Notes: generated by a model not told the origin, from the sequence alone. Shown: positions 10,754 through 21,365, counted from the stretch's first letter. The stretch is 32,000 nucleotides of DNA from Escherichia coli (GCF_002196495.1 NZ_CP021844.1), one strand, 5' to 3'. Translations and numbers: made by a program.

Positions 10754-10946
10754 TTTCTCTTAACCAGATAAGAACACACACACCAACATTATGGTATTCT
10801 GTTACAAACCCTTCCTGGATGGAGGGAAATTGAGCCAATTCTGGACCTTTGCGGCCCCTTCCGCAAAGAAAAATAACTCCCACTCCCTGCACACGCAGCA
10901 AGCGAATGTAAATGGGACGTGACAATGTCGAAACAAGGAGCAATCC

Positions 10947-13900
10947 ATGCAGGTCAGCAGAAGGCAGTTCTTTAAGATCTGCGCTGGCGGTATGGCAGGC
11001 ACCACGGCAGCGGCACTGGGTTTTGCACCCAGCGTAGCACTCGCGGAAACCCGGCAGTATAAACTGCTGCGCACCCGCGAAACCCGTAATACCTGCACCT
11101 ATTGTTCCGTAGGCTGTGGGCTGTTGATGTACAGCCTCGGTGACGGAGCAAAAAACGCCAAAGCATCTATCTTCCATATCGAAGGCGATCCGGATCACCC
11201 GGTCAACCGCGGTGCACTTTGTCCGAAAGGCGCTGGCCTGGTGGATTTCATCCACTCCGAAAGCCGTCTGAAGTTTCCGGAATACCGTGCGCCAGGTTCT
11301 GATAAATGGCAGCAAATCAGTTGGGAAGAGGCGTTTGATCGCATCGCCAAACTGATGAAAGAAGACCGCGATGCTAACTACATTGCGCAAAATGCCGAAG
11401 GCGTGACTGTTAACCGCTGGCTCTCCACCGGGATGCTGTGTGCTTCCGCGTCGAGTAACGAAACCGGCTATTTAACGCAAAAATTCTCCCGCGCGCTGGG
11501 TATGCTCGCGGTCGACAACCAGGCGCGTGTCTGACACGGACCAACGGTAGCAAGTCTTGCTCCAACATTTGGTCGCGGTGCGATGACCAACCACTGGGTC
11601 GACATCAAGAACGCCAACCTCGTCGTGGTGATGGGCGGTAACGCCGCTGAAGCTCACCCGGTCGGGTTCCGCTGGGCGATGGAAGCCAAAATTCACAACG
11701 GCGCTAAGCTGATTGTGATCGATCCTCGCTTTACGCGTACGGCGGCGGTAGCTGACTACTATGCCCCTATTCGTTCCGGTACTGACATTGCTTTCCTGTC
11801 AGGCGTATTGCTGTACCTGCTGAACAATGAAAAATTCAACCGCGAATACACTGAAGCCTATACCAACGCCAGCCTGATCGTGCGTGAGGATTACGGCTTT
11901 GAAGATGGCCTGTTCACCGGCTACGACGCGGAAAAACGCAAGTACGATAAATCCTCCTGGACTTACGAACTGGACGAAAACGGCTTCGCCAAACGCGATA
12001 CCACGCTGCAACATCCGCGCTGCGTGTGGAACTTGCTGAAACAGCACGTTTCCCGCTACACGCCAGATGTGGTTGAAAACATCTGTGGTACGCCAAAAGA
12101 CGCGTTCCTGAAAGTCTGCGAATACATCGCAGAAACCAGTGCTCACGATAAAACTGCCTCGTTCCTGTATGCCCTCGGCTGGACGCAACACTCCGTTGGT
12201 GCGCAAAACATTCGTACGATGGCGATGATCCAGCTGCTGCTCGGTAACATGGGGATGGCTGGCGGCGGTGTTAACGCCCTGCGCGGTCACTCCAATATTC
12301 AGGGGCTGACGGACCTGGGGCTGCTGTCGCAGAGCCTGCCAGGTTACATGACGCTGCCAAGCGAGAAGCAGACCGATCTGCAAACCTACCTTACCGCCAA
12401 CACGCCAAAACCGCTGCTGGAAGGCCAGGTAAACTACTGGGGCAACTACCCGAAATTCTTCGTCTCTATGATGAAGGCCTTCTTTGGTGATAAAGCGACG
12501 GCGGAAAATAGCTGGGGCTTTGACTGGTTGCCGAAGTGGGATAAAGGCTACGACGTCCTGCAATACTTCGAGATGATGAAAGAGGGCAAGGTCAATGGCT
12601 ATATCTGCCAGGGCTTTAACCCTGTTGCCTCATTCCCGAACAAAAACAAAGTGATCGGTTGTCTGTCGAAACTGAAGTTCCTCGTCACCATCGACCCGCT
12701 GAACACTGAAACCTCTAACTTCTGGCAGAACCACGGTGAGCTGAACGAAGTTGACTCGTCGAAGATCCAGACCGAAGTGTTCCGTCTGCCATCGACCTGC
12801 TTCGCAGAAGAGAACGGTTCAATCGTTAACTCAGGTCGCTGGTTACAGTGGCACTGGAAAGGTGCGGACGCCCCGGGGATTGCGCTGACTGACGGCGAGA
12901 TCCTCTCCGGTATCTTCCTGCGCTTGCGCAAGATGTATGCCGAACAGGGTGGCGCGAACCCGGACCAAGTGCTGAACATGACCTGGAACTACGCCATTCC
13001 GCATGAGCCGAAGTCGGAAGAAGTAGCGATGGAGAGCAACGGTAAGGCGCTGGCCGATATTACCGATCCGGCAACCGGTGCGGTTATCGTCAAGAAAGGC
13101 CAACAACTTAGCTCGTTCGCCCAATTGCGCGATGACGGTACAACCTCCTGTGGCTGCTGGATTTTCGCCGGTAGCTGGACGCCGGAAGGCAACCAGATGG
13201 CACGCCGTGATAACGCCGATCCGTCTGGCCTCGGTAACACGCTGGGCTGGGCATGGGCATGGCCGCTTAACCGCCGCATTCTGTATAACCGCGCCTCCGC
13301 AGATCCGCAGGGTAACCCGTGGGATCCGAAGCGTCAGTTGCTGAAATGGGACGGCACTAAGTGGACCGGCTGGGATATTCCGGACTACAGCGCAGCGCCT
13401 CCGGGTAGCGGCGTCGGGCCGTTTATCATGCAGCAGGAAGGCATGGGGCGTCTGTTTGCCCTCGATAAGATGGCGGAAGGTCCGTTCCCGGAACACTACG
13501 AGCCGTTTGAAACGCCGCTGGGAACTAACCCGCTGCATCCAAACGTTATCTCGAACCCGGCTGCACGTATCTTTAAAGACGATGCCGAAGCATTGGGTAA
13601 AGCCGATAAGTTCCCGTATGTCGGAACCACCTATCGTCTGACCGAGCACTTCCACTACTGGACCAAACACGCGCTGTTGAACGCGATTTTGCAGCCAGAG
13701 CAGTTTGTGGAAATCGGGGAGTCGCTGGCGAATAAACTTGGCATTGCCCAGGGCGATACCGTGAAAGTCTCCTCCAACCGTGGCTATATCAAAGCCAAAG
13801 CGGTGGTGACCAAACGTATTCGCACGCTGAAAGCGAACGGCAAAGATATCGATACCATCGGTATTCCGATTCACTGGGGCTATGAAGGCGTAGCTAAAAA

Positions 13901-13997
13901 AGGCTTTATTGCCAATACGTTAACGCCATTCGTTGGTGATGCAAACACGCAGACGCCGGAGTTTAAGTCCTTCCTTGTGAATGTGGAAAAGGTGTAA
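10947..13997 (+). CDS. fdoG: Formate dehydrogenase-O major subunit (selenoprotein)
   Basis: The two track ORFs (10947..11534 and 11583..13997) are one frame joined through an in-frame TGA at 11532..11534. Twin-arginine leader MQVSRRQFFKICAGGMAG; Fe-S cysteines CTYCSVGCGLLMY; 1016 residues including Sec. Confidence 0.98.
11532..11575 (+). promoter_or_regulatory. Selenocysteine UGA codon and adjacent SECIS-like hairpin region
   Basis: NQARV-TGA-HGPTVASLAPTFGRGAMTNHW; sequence immediately after TGA (CACGGACCAACGGTAGCAAGTCTTGCTCCAACATTTGGTCG) matches the expected location of the bacterial SECIS. Confidence 0.85.
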
Positions 13998-14009
13998 CGG
14001 AGACGACAT

Positions 14010-14912
14010 ATGGCTTATCAATCGCAAGATATCATTCGTCGTTCCGCGACTAACGGTCTGACCCCCGCGCCTCAGGCGCGGGACTTCCAGGAAGAAGTGG
14101 CGAAACTCATCGACGTCACCACCTGTATCGGCTGTAAAGCCTGTCAGGTGGCGTGTTCAGAGTGGAACGACATTCGCGATACCGTCGGCAATAACATTGG
14201 GGTGTACGACAACCCCAATGATTTAAGTGCCAAATCGTGGACGGTGATGCGCTTCTCGGAAGTGGAGCAGAACGACAAACTGGAATGGCTGATCCGCAAA
14301 GACGGCTGTATGCACTGTTCCGATCCAGGCTGTCTGAAAGCGTGCCCGGCGGAAGGTGCAATTATTCAGTATGCCAACGGTATCGTCGACTTCCAGTCCG
14401 AGCAGTGCATTGGCTGCGGTTATTGCATTGCGGGCTGTCCGTTCGACATTCCGCGCCTCAACCCGGAAGACAACCGCGTCTACAAATGTACGCTGTGCGT
14501 TGACCGCGTGGTGGTTGGGCAAGAACCAGCCTGCGTGAAGACCTGCCCAACGGGCGCGATTCACTTCGGTACGAAAGAGTCGATGAAAACGCTGGCGAGC
14601 GAGCGCGTGGCGGAGCTGAAAACCCGCGGTTACGACAATGCGGGCCTGTACGATCCGGCAGGCGTCGGTGGTACACACGTTATGTACGTGCTGCACCATG
14701 CTGACAAGCCAAATCTGTATCATGGCTTGCCGGAGAACCCGGAAATCAGCGAAACCGTGAAATTCTGGAAAGGCATCTGGAAACCGCTCGCAGCTGTTGG
14801 CTTTGCGGCTACCTTCGCAGCCAGTATCTTCCACTACGTGGGTGTCGGTCCGAACCGTGCGGATGAGGAAGAGAATAATCTGCACGAAGAGAAAGACGAG
14901 GAGCGCAAATGA
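14010..14912 (+). CDS. fdoH: Formate dehydrogenase-O iron-sulfur subunit
   Basis: Multiple ferredoxin motifs ([52 protein letters not shown]) and a C-terminal TM helix. Confidence 0.97.
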
Positions 14913-15544
14913 AACGACGTGACACCATCGTGCGCTACACCGCGCCGGAACGTATCAACCACTGGATCACCGCCTTCTGCTTCATCCTGGCGGCGGTGAG
15001 CGGGCTGGGCTTTTTGTTCCCGTCCTTCAACTGGTTGATGCAAATCATGGGCACACCGCAGCTGGCGCGAATTCTGCACCCGTTTGTCGGCGTGGTTATG
15101 TTTGCCTCGTTCATCATCATGTTTTTCCGTTACTGGCATCACAACCTAATCAATCGGGATGATATCTTTTGGGCGAAGAATATTCGTAAGATCGTCGTCA
15201 ACGAGGAAGTAGGTGACACCGGGCGTTATAACTTCGGTCAGAAATGCGTTTTCTGGGCGGCGATTATTTTCCTGGTTCTGCTGCTGGTGAGCGGCGTGAT
15301 TATCTGGCGTCCTTATTTTGCGCCTGCTTTCTCAATCCCGGTGATCCGATTCGCGTTAATGCTGCATTCATTTGCCGCAGTGGCGTTAATTGTGGTTATC
15401 ATGGTGCATATCTACGCCGCCCTTTGGGTGAAAGGCACGATTACCGCCATGGTGGAAGGATGGGTTACCAGCGCCTGGGCGAAGAAACATCACCCGCGCT
15501 GGTACCGTGAGGTCCGCAAGACAACGGAAAAGAAAGCTGAATGA
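14909..15544 (+). CDS. fdoI: Formate dehydrogenase-O cytochrome b556 subunit
   Basis: 211-aa multi-helix membrane protein overlapping fdoH stop (ATGA). Confidence 0.96.
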
Positions 15545-16470
15545 GTATTCGCATAATCCCGCAAGATGAGCTGGGTTCGAGCGAGAAACGTACGGCGGAT
15601 ATGATTCCGCCGTTATTGTTCCCTCGGCTCAAGAATTTATACAACCGCCGCGCCGAGCGTCTGCGCGAGTTGGCAGAAAATAATCCGCTGGGTGATTACC
15701 TGCGCTTTGCTGCGCTTATCGCCCACGCCCAGGAAGTGGTGCTGTACGACCATCCGCTGGAGATGGATCTGACTGCACGCATTAAAGAAGCCAGCGCACA
15801 AGGCAAGCCCCCGCTGGATATTCACGTTCTGCCGCGTGATAAGCACTGGCAAAAGCTGCTGATGGCGCTAATTGCTGAGCTGAAACCTGAAATGAGCGGC
15901 CCGGCGCTGGCAGTGATTGAGAATCTGGAGAAGGCATCGACTCAGGAGCTGGAAGATATGGCCAGCGCACTGTTTGCCTCTGATTTCTCATCCGTCAGTA
16001 GCGATAAAGCGCCGTTTATCTGGGCTGCACTGTCGCTCTACTGGGCGCAGATGGCCAATCTGATCCCCGGCAAAGCCCGCGCTGAATACGGCGAACAACG
16101 TCAATATTGCCCGGTATGTGGCTCTATGCCGGTGTCCAGCATGGTGCAAATTGGCACCACTCAGGGTCTGCGTTACCTGCACTGCAACCTGTGTGAAACT
16201 GAATGGCACGTAGTGCGCGTAAAATGCAGCAACTGTGAGCAGAGCGGCAAACTGCATTACTGGTCGCTGGATGACGAACAGGCCGCGATTAAAGCCGAAA
16301 GCTGCGATGACTGCGGCACTTACCTGAAAATTCTCTATCAGGAAAAAGAACCGAAAGTTGAAGCCGTGGCAGATGACCTCGCCTCTCTGGTACTGGACGC
16401 ACGAATGGAGCAAGAAGGCTATGCCCGCAGTTCCATCAACCCGTTCCTGTTTCCGGGTGAAGGGGAGTAA
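15541..16470 (+). CDS. fdhE: Formate dehydrogenase accessory protein
   Basis: 309 aa with CXXC motifs ([24 protein letters not shown]); overlaps the fdoI stop. Confidence 0.97.
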   Translation: MSIRIIPQDELGSSEKRTADMIPPLLFPRLKNLYNRRAERLRELAENNPLGDYLRFAALIAHAQEVVLYDHPLEMDLTARIKEASAQGKPPLDIHVLPRDKHWQKLLMALIAELKPEMSGPALAVIENLEKASTQELEDMASALFASDFSSVSSDKAPFIWAALSLYWAQMANLIPGKARAEYGEQRQYCPVCGSMPVSSMVQIGTTQGLRYLHCNLCETEWHVVRVKCSNCEQSGKLHYWSLDDEQAAIKAESCDDCGTYLKILYQEKEPKVEAVADDLASLVLDARMEQEGYARSSINPFLFPGEGE

Positions 16471-16651
16471 TCTCTGACGTTTTCCGGGTGGCGCTGGTCG
16501 CCCGGATTACAGCTCATAGGGTGTGACGACACCATCTCTCGTATTCCGCGTTACCACCTCAAGCTATGCCGCCAGTGCCTGTTTTGCCTCAATTTACCCA
16601 CCCCCACATCAATAAGGTTATGGGTATGAGACTGATGATAAGCGTAAGATT

Positions 16652-16752
16652 GCCTGATGCGCCGCGCTTATTAGGCCTACCAATAAACTGCAATACATTG
16701 AATTTATACGACTTTGTAGGCCGGGTAAGGCGTTCACGCCGCATCCGGCATG
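16652..16752. repeat. BIME/REP pair
   Basis: TTGCCTGATGCGCCGCGCTTATTAGGCC...TGTAGGCCGGGTAAGGCGTTCACGCCGCATCCGGCA between fdhE and yiiF. Confidence 0.85.
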
Positions 16753-16799
16753 AACAACGCACACGTTGTCAGCAATCTGATTGATATCATTTTTTCCCA

Positions 16800-17041
16800 T
16801 TACCATTCCTCGCGCAGCTTACGCTGGTATTCGACACCATCTTCCTCACGCCCTTGCCATATGCCAAAAGCACTGGTTCTTACTGTTGCGATTGATTTAC
16901 CAAGTATTGATCTACCGCTTCCCGTAATAGCTCCGTACGAGGAAGATTACGCTGCACCTCAAGATCATCAAGTTGCTTAATCACCTCATTCGATAAATCG
17001 AGTATAATTCTGCCCATATCAATACCTGCCAGAGAGTTCAT
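16800..17041 (-). pseudogene. yiiF: Ribbon-helix-helix/CopG-like protein, frameshifted
   Basis: ATG at 17041 reads [53 protein letters not shown] (stop at 16880..16882). The other frame continues ...[28 protein letters not shown] to 16800. The span is 242 nt, one short of 81 codons. Confidence 0.82.
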
Positions 17042-17131
17042 AAATATTTGACCAATATCATTTGATATCTATGGAGAGAAAAGTACCCTTATCGAATCTT
17101 TAAAGAAAGCTCATTTACGCATCATTTTTTA

Positions 17132-17177
17132 TTTTTGCGAGGCGTTTTCCAGATATGATGTAACAGTTGCAGTTATT
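17132..17177. repeat. Upstream element copy 1 (upstream of yiiF)
   Basis: TTTTTGCGAGGCGTTTTCCAGATATGATGTAACAGTTGCAGTTATT, about 37/46 identical to 17570..17615. Confidence 0.8.
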
Positions 17178-17257
17178 ATAAGTTCAAGTAAAACAGCCTT
17201 GTATTAATACCAGAATAAGGGCATCTGTTTTTTATATTCAAGAATGAAAAATTTTTG

Positions 17258-17476
17258 TCATTCCTTATGCTCCTTACACTGATCATCAACACCAACTACC
17301 TCCCCCTTTTGCCTGCCTCCCTTTGCTTTACGCACCGGGAATTGCTGACGTTCCAGATATTGCTCTACCGCTTCGCGTAAAATTGCAGATCGTGAAACCT
17401 TACGCCAGCCACGAAGCTTGTTCAGCCGTTTAATTGCCTCTTCTGATAAATGAAGAAAAACCGTATTCATCGCCAT
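17258..17476 (-). CDS. yiiE: Ribbon-helix-helix (CopG-like) small protein
   Basis: 72 aa MAMNTVFLHLSEEAIKRLNKLRGWRKVSRSAILREAVEQYLERQQFPVRK...; typical RHH pattern. Confidence 0.85.
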   Translation of the reverse strand: MAMNTVFLHLSEEAIKRLNKLRGWRKVSRSAILREAVEQYLERQQFPVRKAKGGRQKGEVVGVDDQCKEHKE

Positions 17477-17569
17477 TACCACCACCTTACATATATTACT
17501 CATTAATGTATGTGCGAAAATTACGCCGGAAAATTAATTAACGAAAGCGGATTTTTGCATGTTGTTTTG

Positions 17570-17615
17570 TTTTTGCGAGACGTTTTCCAGAAATAATAAG
17601 AGCGTTGCAGTTGTT
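17570..17615. repeat. Upstream element copy 2 (upstream of yiiE)
   Basis: TTTTTGCGAGACGTTTTCCAGAAATAATAAGAGCGTTGCAGTTGTT, about 37/46 identical to 17132..17177. Confidence 0.8.
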
Positions 17616-17780
17616 TCATTTATTACTCAAAAATGGTTTAGTTATCGCCCAGGATGAGTTATGGGTGCTATGAATATATTATATTCAGGGATATTTATTT
17701 GCATAATCTGAATGGTGTAGCCGAAAAACGTCAGCATCCTAACAGCACCAGGATTTAAGGTGAAATTAATCTTCCATCAC

Positions 17781-17810
17781 AGACCGGTCAGTACTGCCAC
17801 CAACCGGTCT
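17781..17810. terminator. Inverted repeat, possible terminator or remnant
   Basis: AGACCGGT-N14-ACCGGTCT followed by TTTACTT. Confidence 0.35.
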
Positions 17811-17981
17811 TTACTTGCTCATCGTTATAATTTTGTTGGTAACAGTTCGGGAAACAAGGAATTCCTTCCGGAACACCCCCGGCATCATCCGATAGCATTG
17901 ACGTCAATCATCGGCTCGACGGTGAGTTTTTTTAATCGCATCATAGGGTGGCAACGCTCAGCACGATACGGGTCATAACAA

Positions 17982-18021
17982 AACTCCTGAGCAGCGGCAC
18001 TATGCCGCTTTCACAGGAGTT
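17982..18021. repeat. Two-tier inverted repeat
   Basis: Outer arms AACTCCTG/CAGGAGTT, inner arms AGCGGCA/TGCCGCT around CTA. Confidence 0.6.
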
Positions 18022-18150
18022 CTGAATGCTGGTGCTTTCTGTATGGCTTCGCCATGCCCCTCGCGGCTAAGCGCCTGCACACATCTCTCTTTGTATTTCA
18101 TTTTTGCAATGCATTGGCCGAATTCTGATAATCCTAATGAGTTTTACTCT

Positions 18151-19965
18151 TCAGACTCCCATCCCTACGGTATACGAGTTAGATTCATGAATGAAATCGA
18201 CATTTTTAAAAAACGAATCTTGTAAAACATCCGTGTTGATATTACCTTGCAACCCAACATTAAATTTGTTAGAGAGATGAAGAACTCGAATATCAAAAAG
18301 GTCTTTTAACATCATTACTTCTTCGGCTGTTAATGAATCGCAACTAAAATATCCCTGTTGATCAAAAAGGTTTTCTATTTCTCCATCATCGGCGAGGCGT
18401 TTTTCAAAGAGTGTTTGCAACATCGAGTTGCCAAGGACAATGGATATCGTGCGATCTTTCGCAGATTTACACCCCATCACAACGGCAACATTCGTATCCC
18501 CCTCAGGAGTTTCATTTATCGCTGTCGCTAAAATGGTGGTCAAACACGCAAACGGAACTGTATTTCTTTCGTGATTTAATTTACCTACCAGTTCATTCCA
18601 TTTATCAAAAGCCGGGCGATATTTGTTGCGCACAGAAGTATCCGACTGGTTAAACAATTTAGCCATGCGATTTTTTATCATCTCGATATCCGGCGAACCA
18701 GAAAGACTTTGCGCATAATACGGTCCTGATGATGTTGCATACATTAAAGCCGCGCCCACACCTGTCGCCATGATGGGCGCAGCCACGGTTTTGGCAAGGG
18801 CGACGCTGCGATGGCTATGCGCTTCACAGGTTAAAGGAACATATTCCACTGACTGCGGTAATTCCTTACATGCCTCCCTCATCATTGCCGTATGCTTTAC
18901 AAACAACGGTTTTTCACTGCCCAAAAAAACTTTCTGCTTAATTGCACTAAGAAAACGTAAATCAAAAATGATTGTTTTTGGTTTATTATTTTTTGGCACA
19001 TTTCCTATTATCCCGCTGAGAACCTTTCTTGCTGCATGGAGATTTTTTTGCACAGCACATAACACAATTGACGAAGCCTTCTCTACTGCGTCATTGATTT
19101 TAATTTTAAAATCCGCATGATATACGTTGACGGGCAATACAAGTATGTCTGGCGCTACATCTTTGGCTGAGTATTTATTGGTGATCGACGGTCGTGAATC
19201 CACGAGAAAACTTAGCTGCAAATTATGCTCTATATTACCAGCTGTTTTTGTGGTGTGATTAAACATAGAGATGCCACCTCTCATTCTTTCACACATATCC
19301 TCAACTTTTTCACTTCGTTCTTGTGGCAATTTGGCTTTAACGTTAATTTGATGATTTTTACCCGTGCATTCCTTAACTACAAGGGGAATGTTATCTAAAG
19401 TGCCATACAGGCTAATAACGTCACCAGGATTTTTATCATGTAAGTAAGTTTGATTAATACTCGAAGCATTCACAAAGAGGTCAATATTATAACTGTTTAT
19501 AACTTCACCTACATCAAATGTGTAGTGCTTACTCTGGAGGCTGCCATCCTTATTTAATTGTATATCAATCAATATATCCCCGGACTTTGTCACCATATCT
19601 TTGCCATAAACCATTTGCATAGCCATTTCGAGGAGATTTTTATCCAACTGATTGCGGGCGTTGAGTAAGCGACTACCAAATAATTTATATACTGTTCCCG
19701 TCATTGCCAGCGCTGCGCTTTCTGGTACTTTGCGTTTCCACAGTGAGGTTTCTCTATTTTTAAACAGGTCATATTCATTATTACTCGACAAACCATACTT
19801 CAGTTCGTTAACACAATGGAACAGTTGTTCCTCACCTTCCATTTTAAGGCGATGTGAAAAATCATTTAATAGCGTTTGCTTCGGTGATTTATTTCTCATT
19901 AGTTGTTTTTCTAAATTAACAACAGAATAACTTTCTTGTTTAATGAGATTAATATTGACAACCAT
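18151..19965 (-). CDS. Putative SopB/IpgD-like phosphoinositide phosphatase (CX5R), candidate effector
   Basis: 604-aa ORF; ATG at 19965 preceded by GGAAGGAGACTGTA (good Shine-Dalgarno). P-loop VAVVMGCKSAKDRTISIVL encoded around 18451..18471 (Cys at residue 499). AT-rich and located between backbone genes. Confidence 0.7.
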   Translation of the reverse strand: MVVNINLIKQESYSVVNLEKQLMRNKSPKQTLLNDFSHRLKMEGEEQLFHCVNELKYGLSSNNEYDLFKNRETSLWKRKVPESAALAMTGTVYKLFGSRLLNARNQLDKNLLEMAMQMVYGKDMVTKSGDILIDIQLNKDGSLQSKHYTFDVGEVINSYNIDLFVNASSINQTYLHDKNPGDVISLYGTLDNIPLVVKECTGKNHQINVKAKLPQERSEKVEDMCERMRGGISMFNHTTKTAGNIEHNLQLSFLVDSRPSITNKYSAKDVAPDILVLPVNVYHADFKIKINDAVEKASSIVLCAVQKNLHAARKVLSGIIGNVPKNNKPKTIIFDLRFLSAIKQKVFLGSEKPLFVKHTAMMREACKELPQSVEYVPLTCEAHSHRSVALAKTVAAPIMATGVGAALMYATSSGPYYAQSLSGSPDIEMIKNRMAKLFNQSDTSVRNKYRPAFDKWNELVGKLNHERNTVPFACLTTILATAINETPEGDTNVAVVMGCKSAKDRTISIVLGNSMLQTLFEKRLADDGEIENLFDQQGYFSCDSLTAEEVMMLKDLFDIRVLHLSNKFNVGLQGNINTDVLQDSFFKNVDFIHESNSYTVGMGV

Positions 19966-20375
19966 TACAGTCTCCTTCCCACGGTTTAAGAGCAAACATG
20001 CTACATAATTATTTATAACATCCAGAGCAGTAAATGAATGATACTGACAATGATGCTAGTCCATTATCTTTGCATAATATTTGTTAGCTATAGATTTTAA
20101 AAATATTTATGAGAAAAGTATGGCACCAGAGAGTGTTTTGACTATCAAAAATCGCTCAAATCTGAAGTAAGATGATGAATTAAGCATTATCTGCGATAAT
20201 TGCCATACAGCTCTACAAATAATATTTAAATGCTCCTGAACAGTGATGTAGCAAGACACGTATGGAGCCAACGAAGAATAAAAATTTATAGAGTTCTTAT
20301 TCAATATAACCGAAATAGCCAAGGACTAATATAAATGACCTGAATGAGAGAGGCAGCACCGCCCCTCTCCATCAG

Positions 20376-21365
20376 CTACTCTTCTTCGTTCCCGCCCTCT
20401 TCATACGGGCCAAATGGCTTCGCGGGCAGAACGATATACGTGCCTTCAAACACTGCACCCGGCGTCTCGTCGCCAAAGATTTCGACCTGCATCTGCACCC
20501 GTGCTTTTCGTCCGCGCGCCAGACGGTCGAGATCGCCGCTTAAGGCACCAAGGTCGGCTACCGCATGGGGTTTACCGCTAATCGGTTTGCTGTAGCGGAT
20601 ATGCGCATCCGCCAGAATAATCGTTCCGCCGAGGTGGCGTTCACGCAGCATCAGCCAGATAAGCCCCCAACCGGTGAGCGTCGCCAGTGAGAATAAACTC
20701 CCGGCAAACAGCGTATGGTGCGGATTCTGATTGCCGGTTTCTGGCATGGTGGTGATAAATTTTTGCCCGGTATATTGTTGAATGCGCACGCCCATTTTTT
20801 CGCTTAACGGGATATGTTCGTACCACGCCTGTTGCAGCTGCGCGCACCAGTCACCGCGATGCAGAATGTCATCCAGAGTGGCAACGGGTTTAATCATCAA
20901 AAAATGGCGAATCGGCGTGGTAGTTGGGGTGGTGATCTCCCCCTGATTAATGAATCCCAGCTTGGCGAAAAACTCCACCGCGTCTTCACGGGCGCTACAG
21001 GTCACGCGCTTAACGCCTTCCTGACGCGCCACCGACTCCAGGGTCATCGCCATCAGCGTGCCTAACCCTTTGTCCTGCACGTCGGGATGAACGGCCATAA
21101 AGCGAATGGACGCTTCATTGTCGGCATTAATATACAGTCGGCCTACCGCCACCAGATTACCCTGCTCGTCGACGACCATCTGGTGATGCGCCATCGCATC
21201 CCACGCGTCGCGTTCCGAACCTTTTGGTTGATGCAGGGGCTTACGCAACATTTCCCAGCGAAACTGATAGTAACGCTCTAATTCTTCTTCTGTTTGTGGA
21301 ACCCGAAGGTGATACATAGCGATACTCTCTCTTGTTTCCCGTGACAACCCTGGAAGCTGGCTCAT
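20376..21365 (-). CDS. fabY: GNAT/thioesterase-type fatty acid biosynthesis protein FabY (YiiD)
   Basis: 329 aa with N-terminal GNAT motif ([22 protein letters not shown]) and C-terminal hotdog-like domain ([21 protein letters not shown]). Confidence 0.93.

Noticed and set aside
12843-13874. 343-aa minus-strand ORF opposite fdoG
   Set aside because: Shadow ORF in a strongly coding, high-GC frame; low-complexity Arg/Val-rich translation with no recognisable domain.
16618-16806. 62-aa minus-strand ORF overlapping the yiiF end, considered as a toxin partner
   Set aside because: Its reading frame runs straight through the REP element and lacks PIN-type acidic residues or MazF motifs; no support for an intact toxin.
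17760-17978. 72-aa plus-strand ORF in the intergenic region
   Set aside because: No clear RBS, crosses an inverted repeat, translation has no recognisable domain.
18411-19930. Several short plus-strand ORFs (65-116 aa) opposite the 604-aa ORF
   Set aside because: All antisense to a single long frame with a good RBS and a clear catalytic motif; none has its own support.
20107-20322. 71-aa minus-strand ORF upstream of the phosphatase-like gene
   Set aside because: AT-rich, chance-length ORF without RBS or family resemblance; more likely promoter/noncoding DNA.
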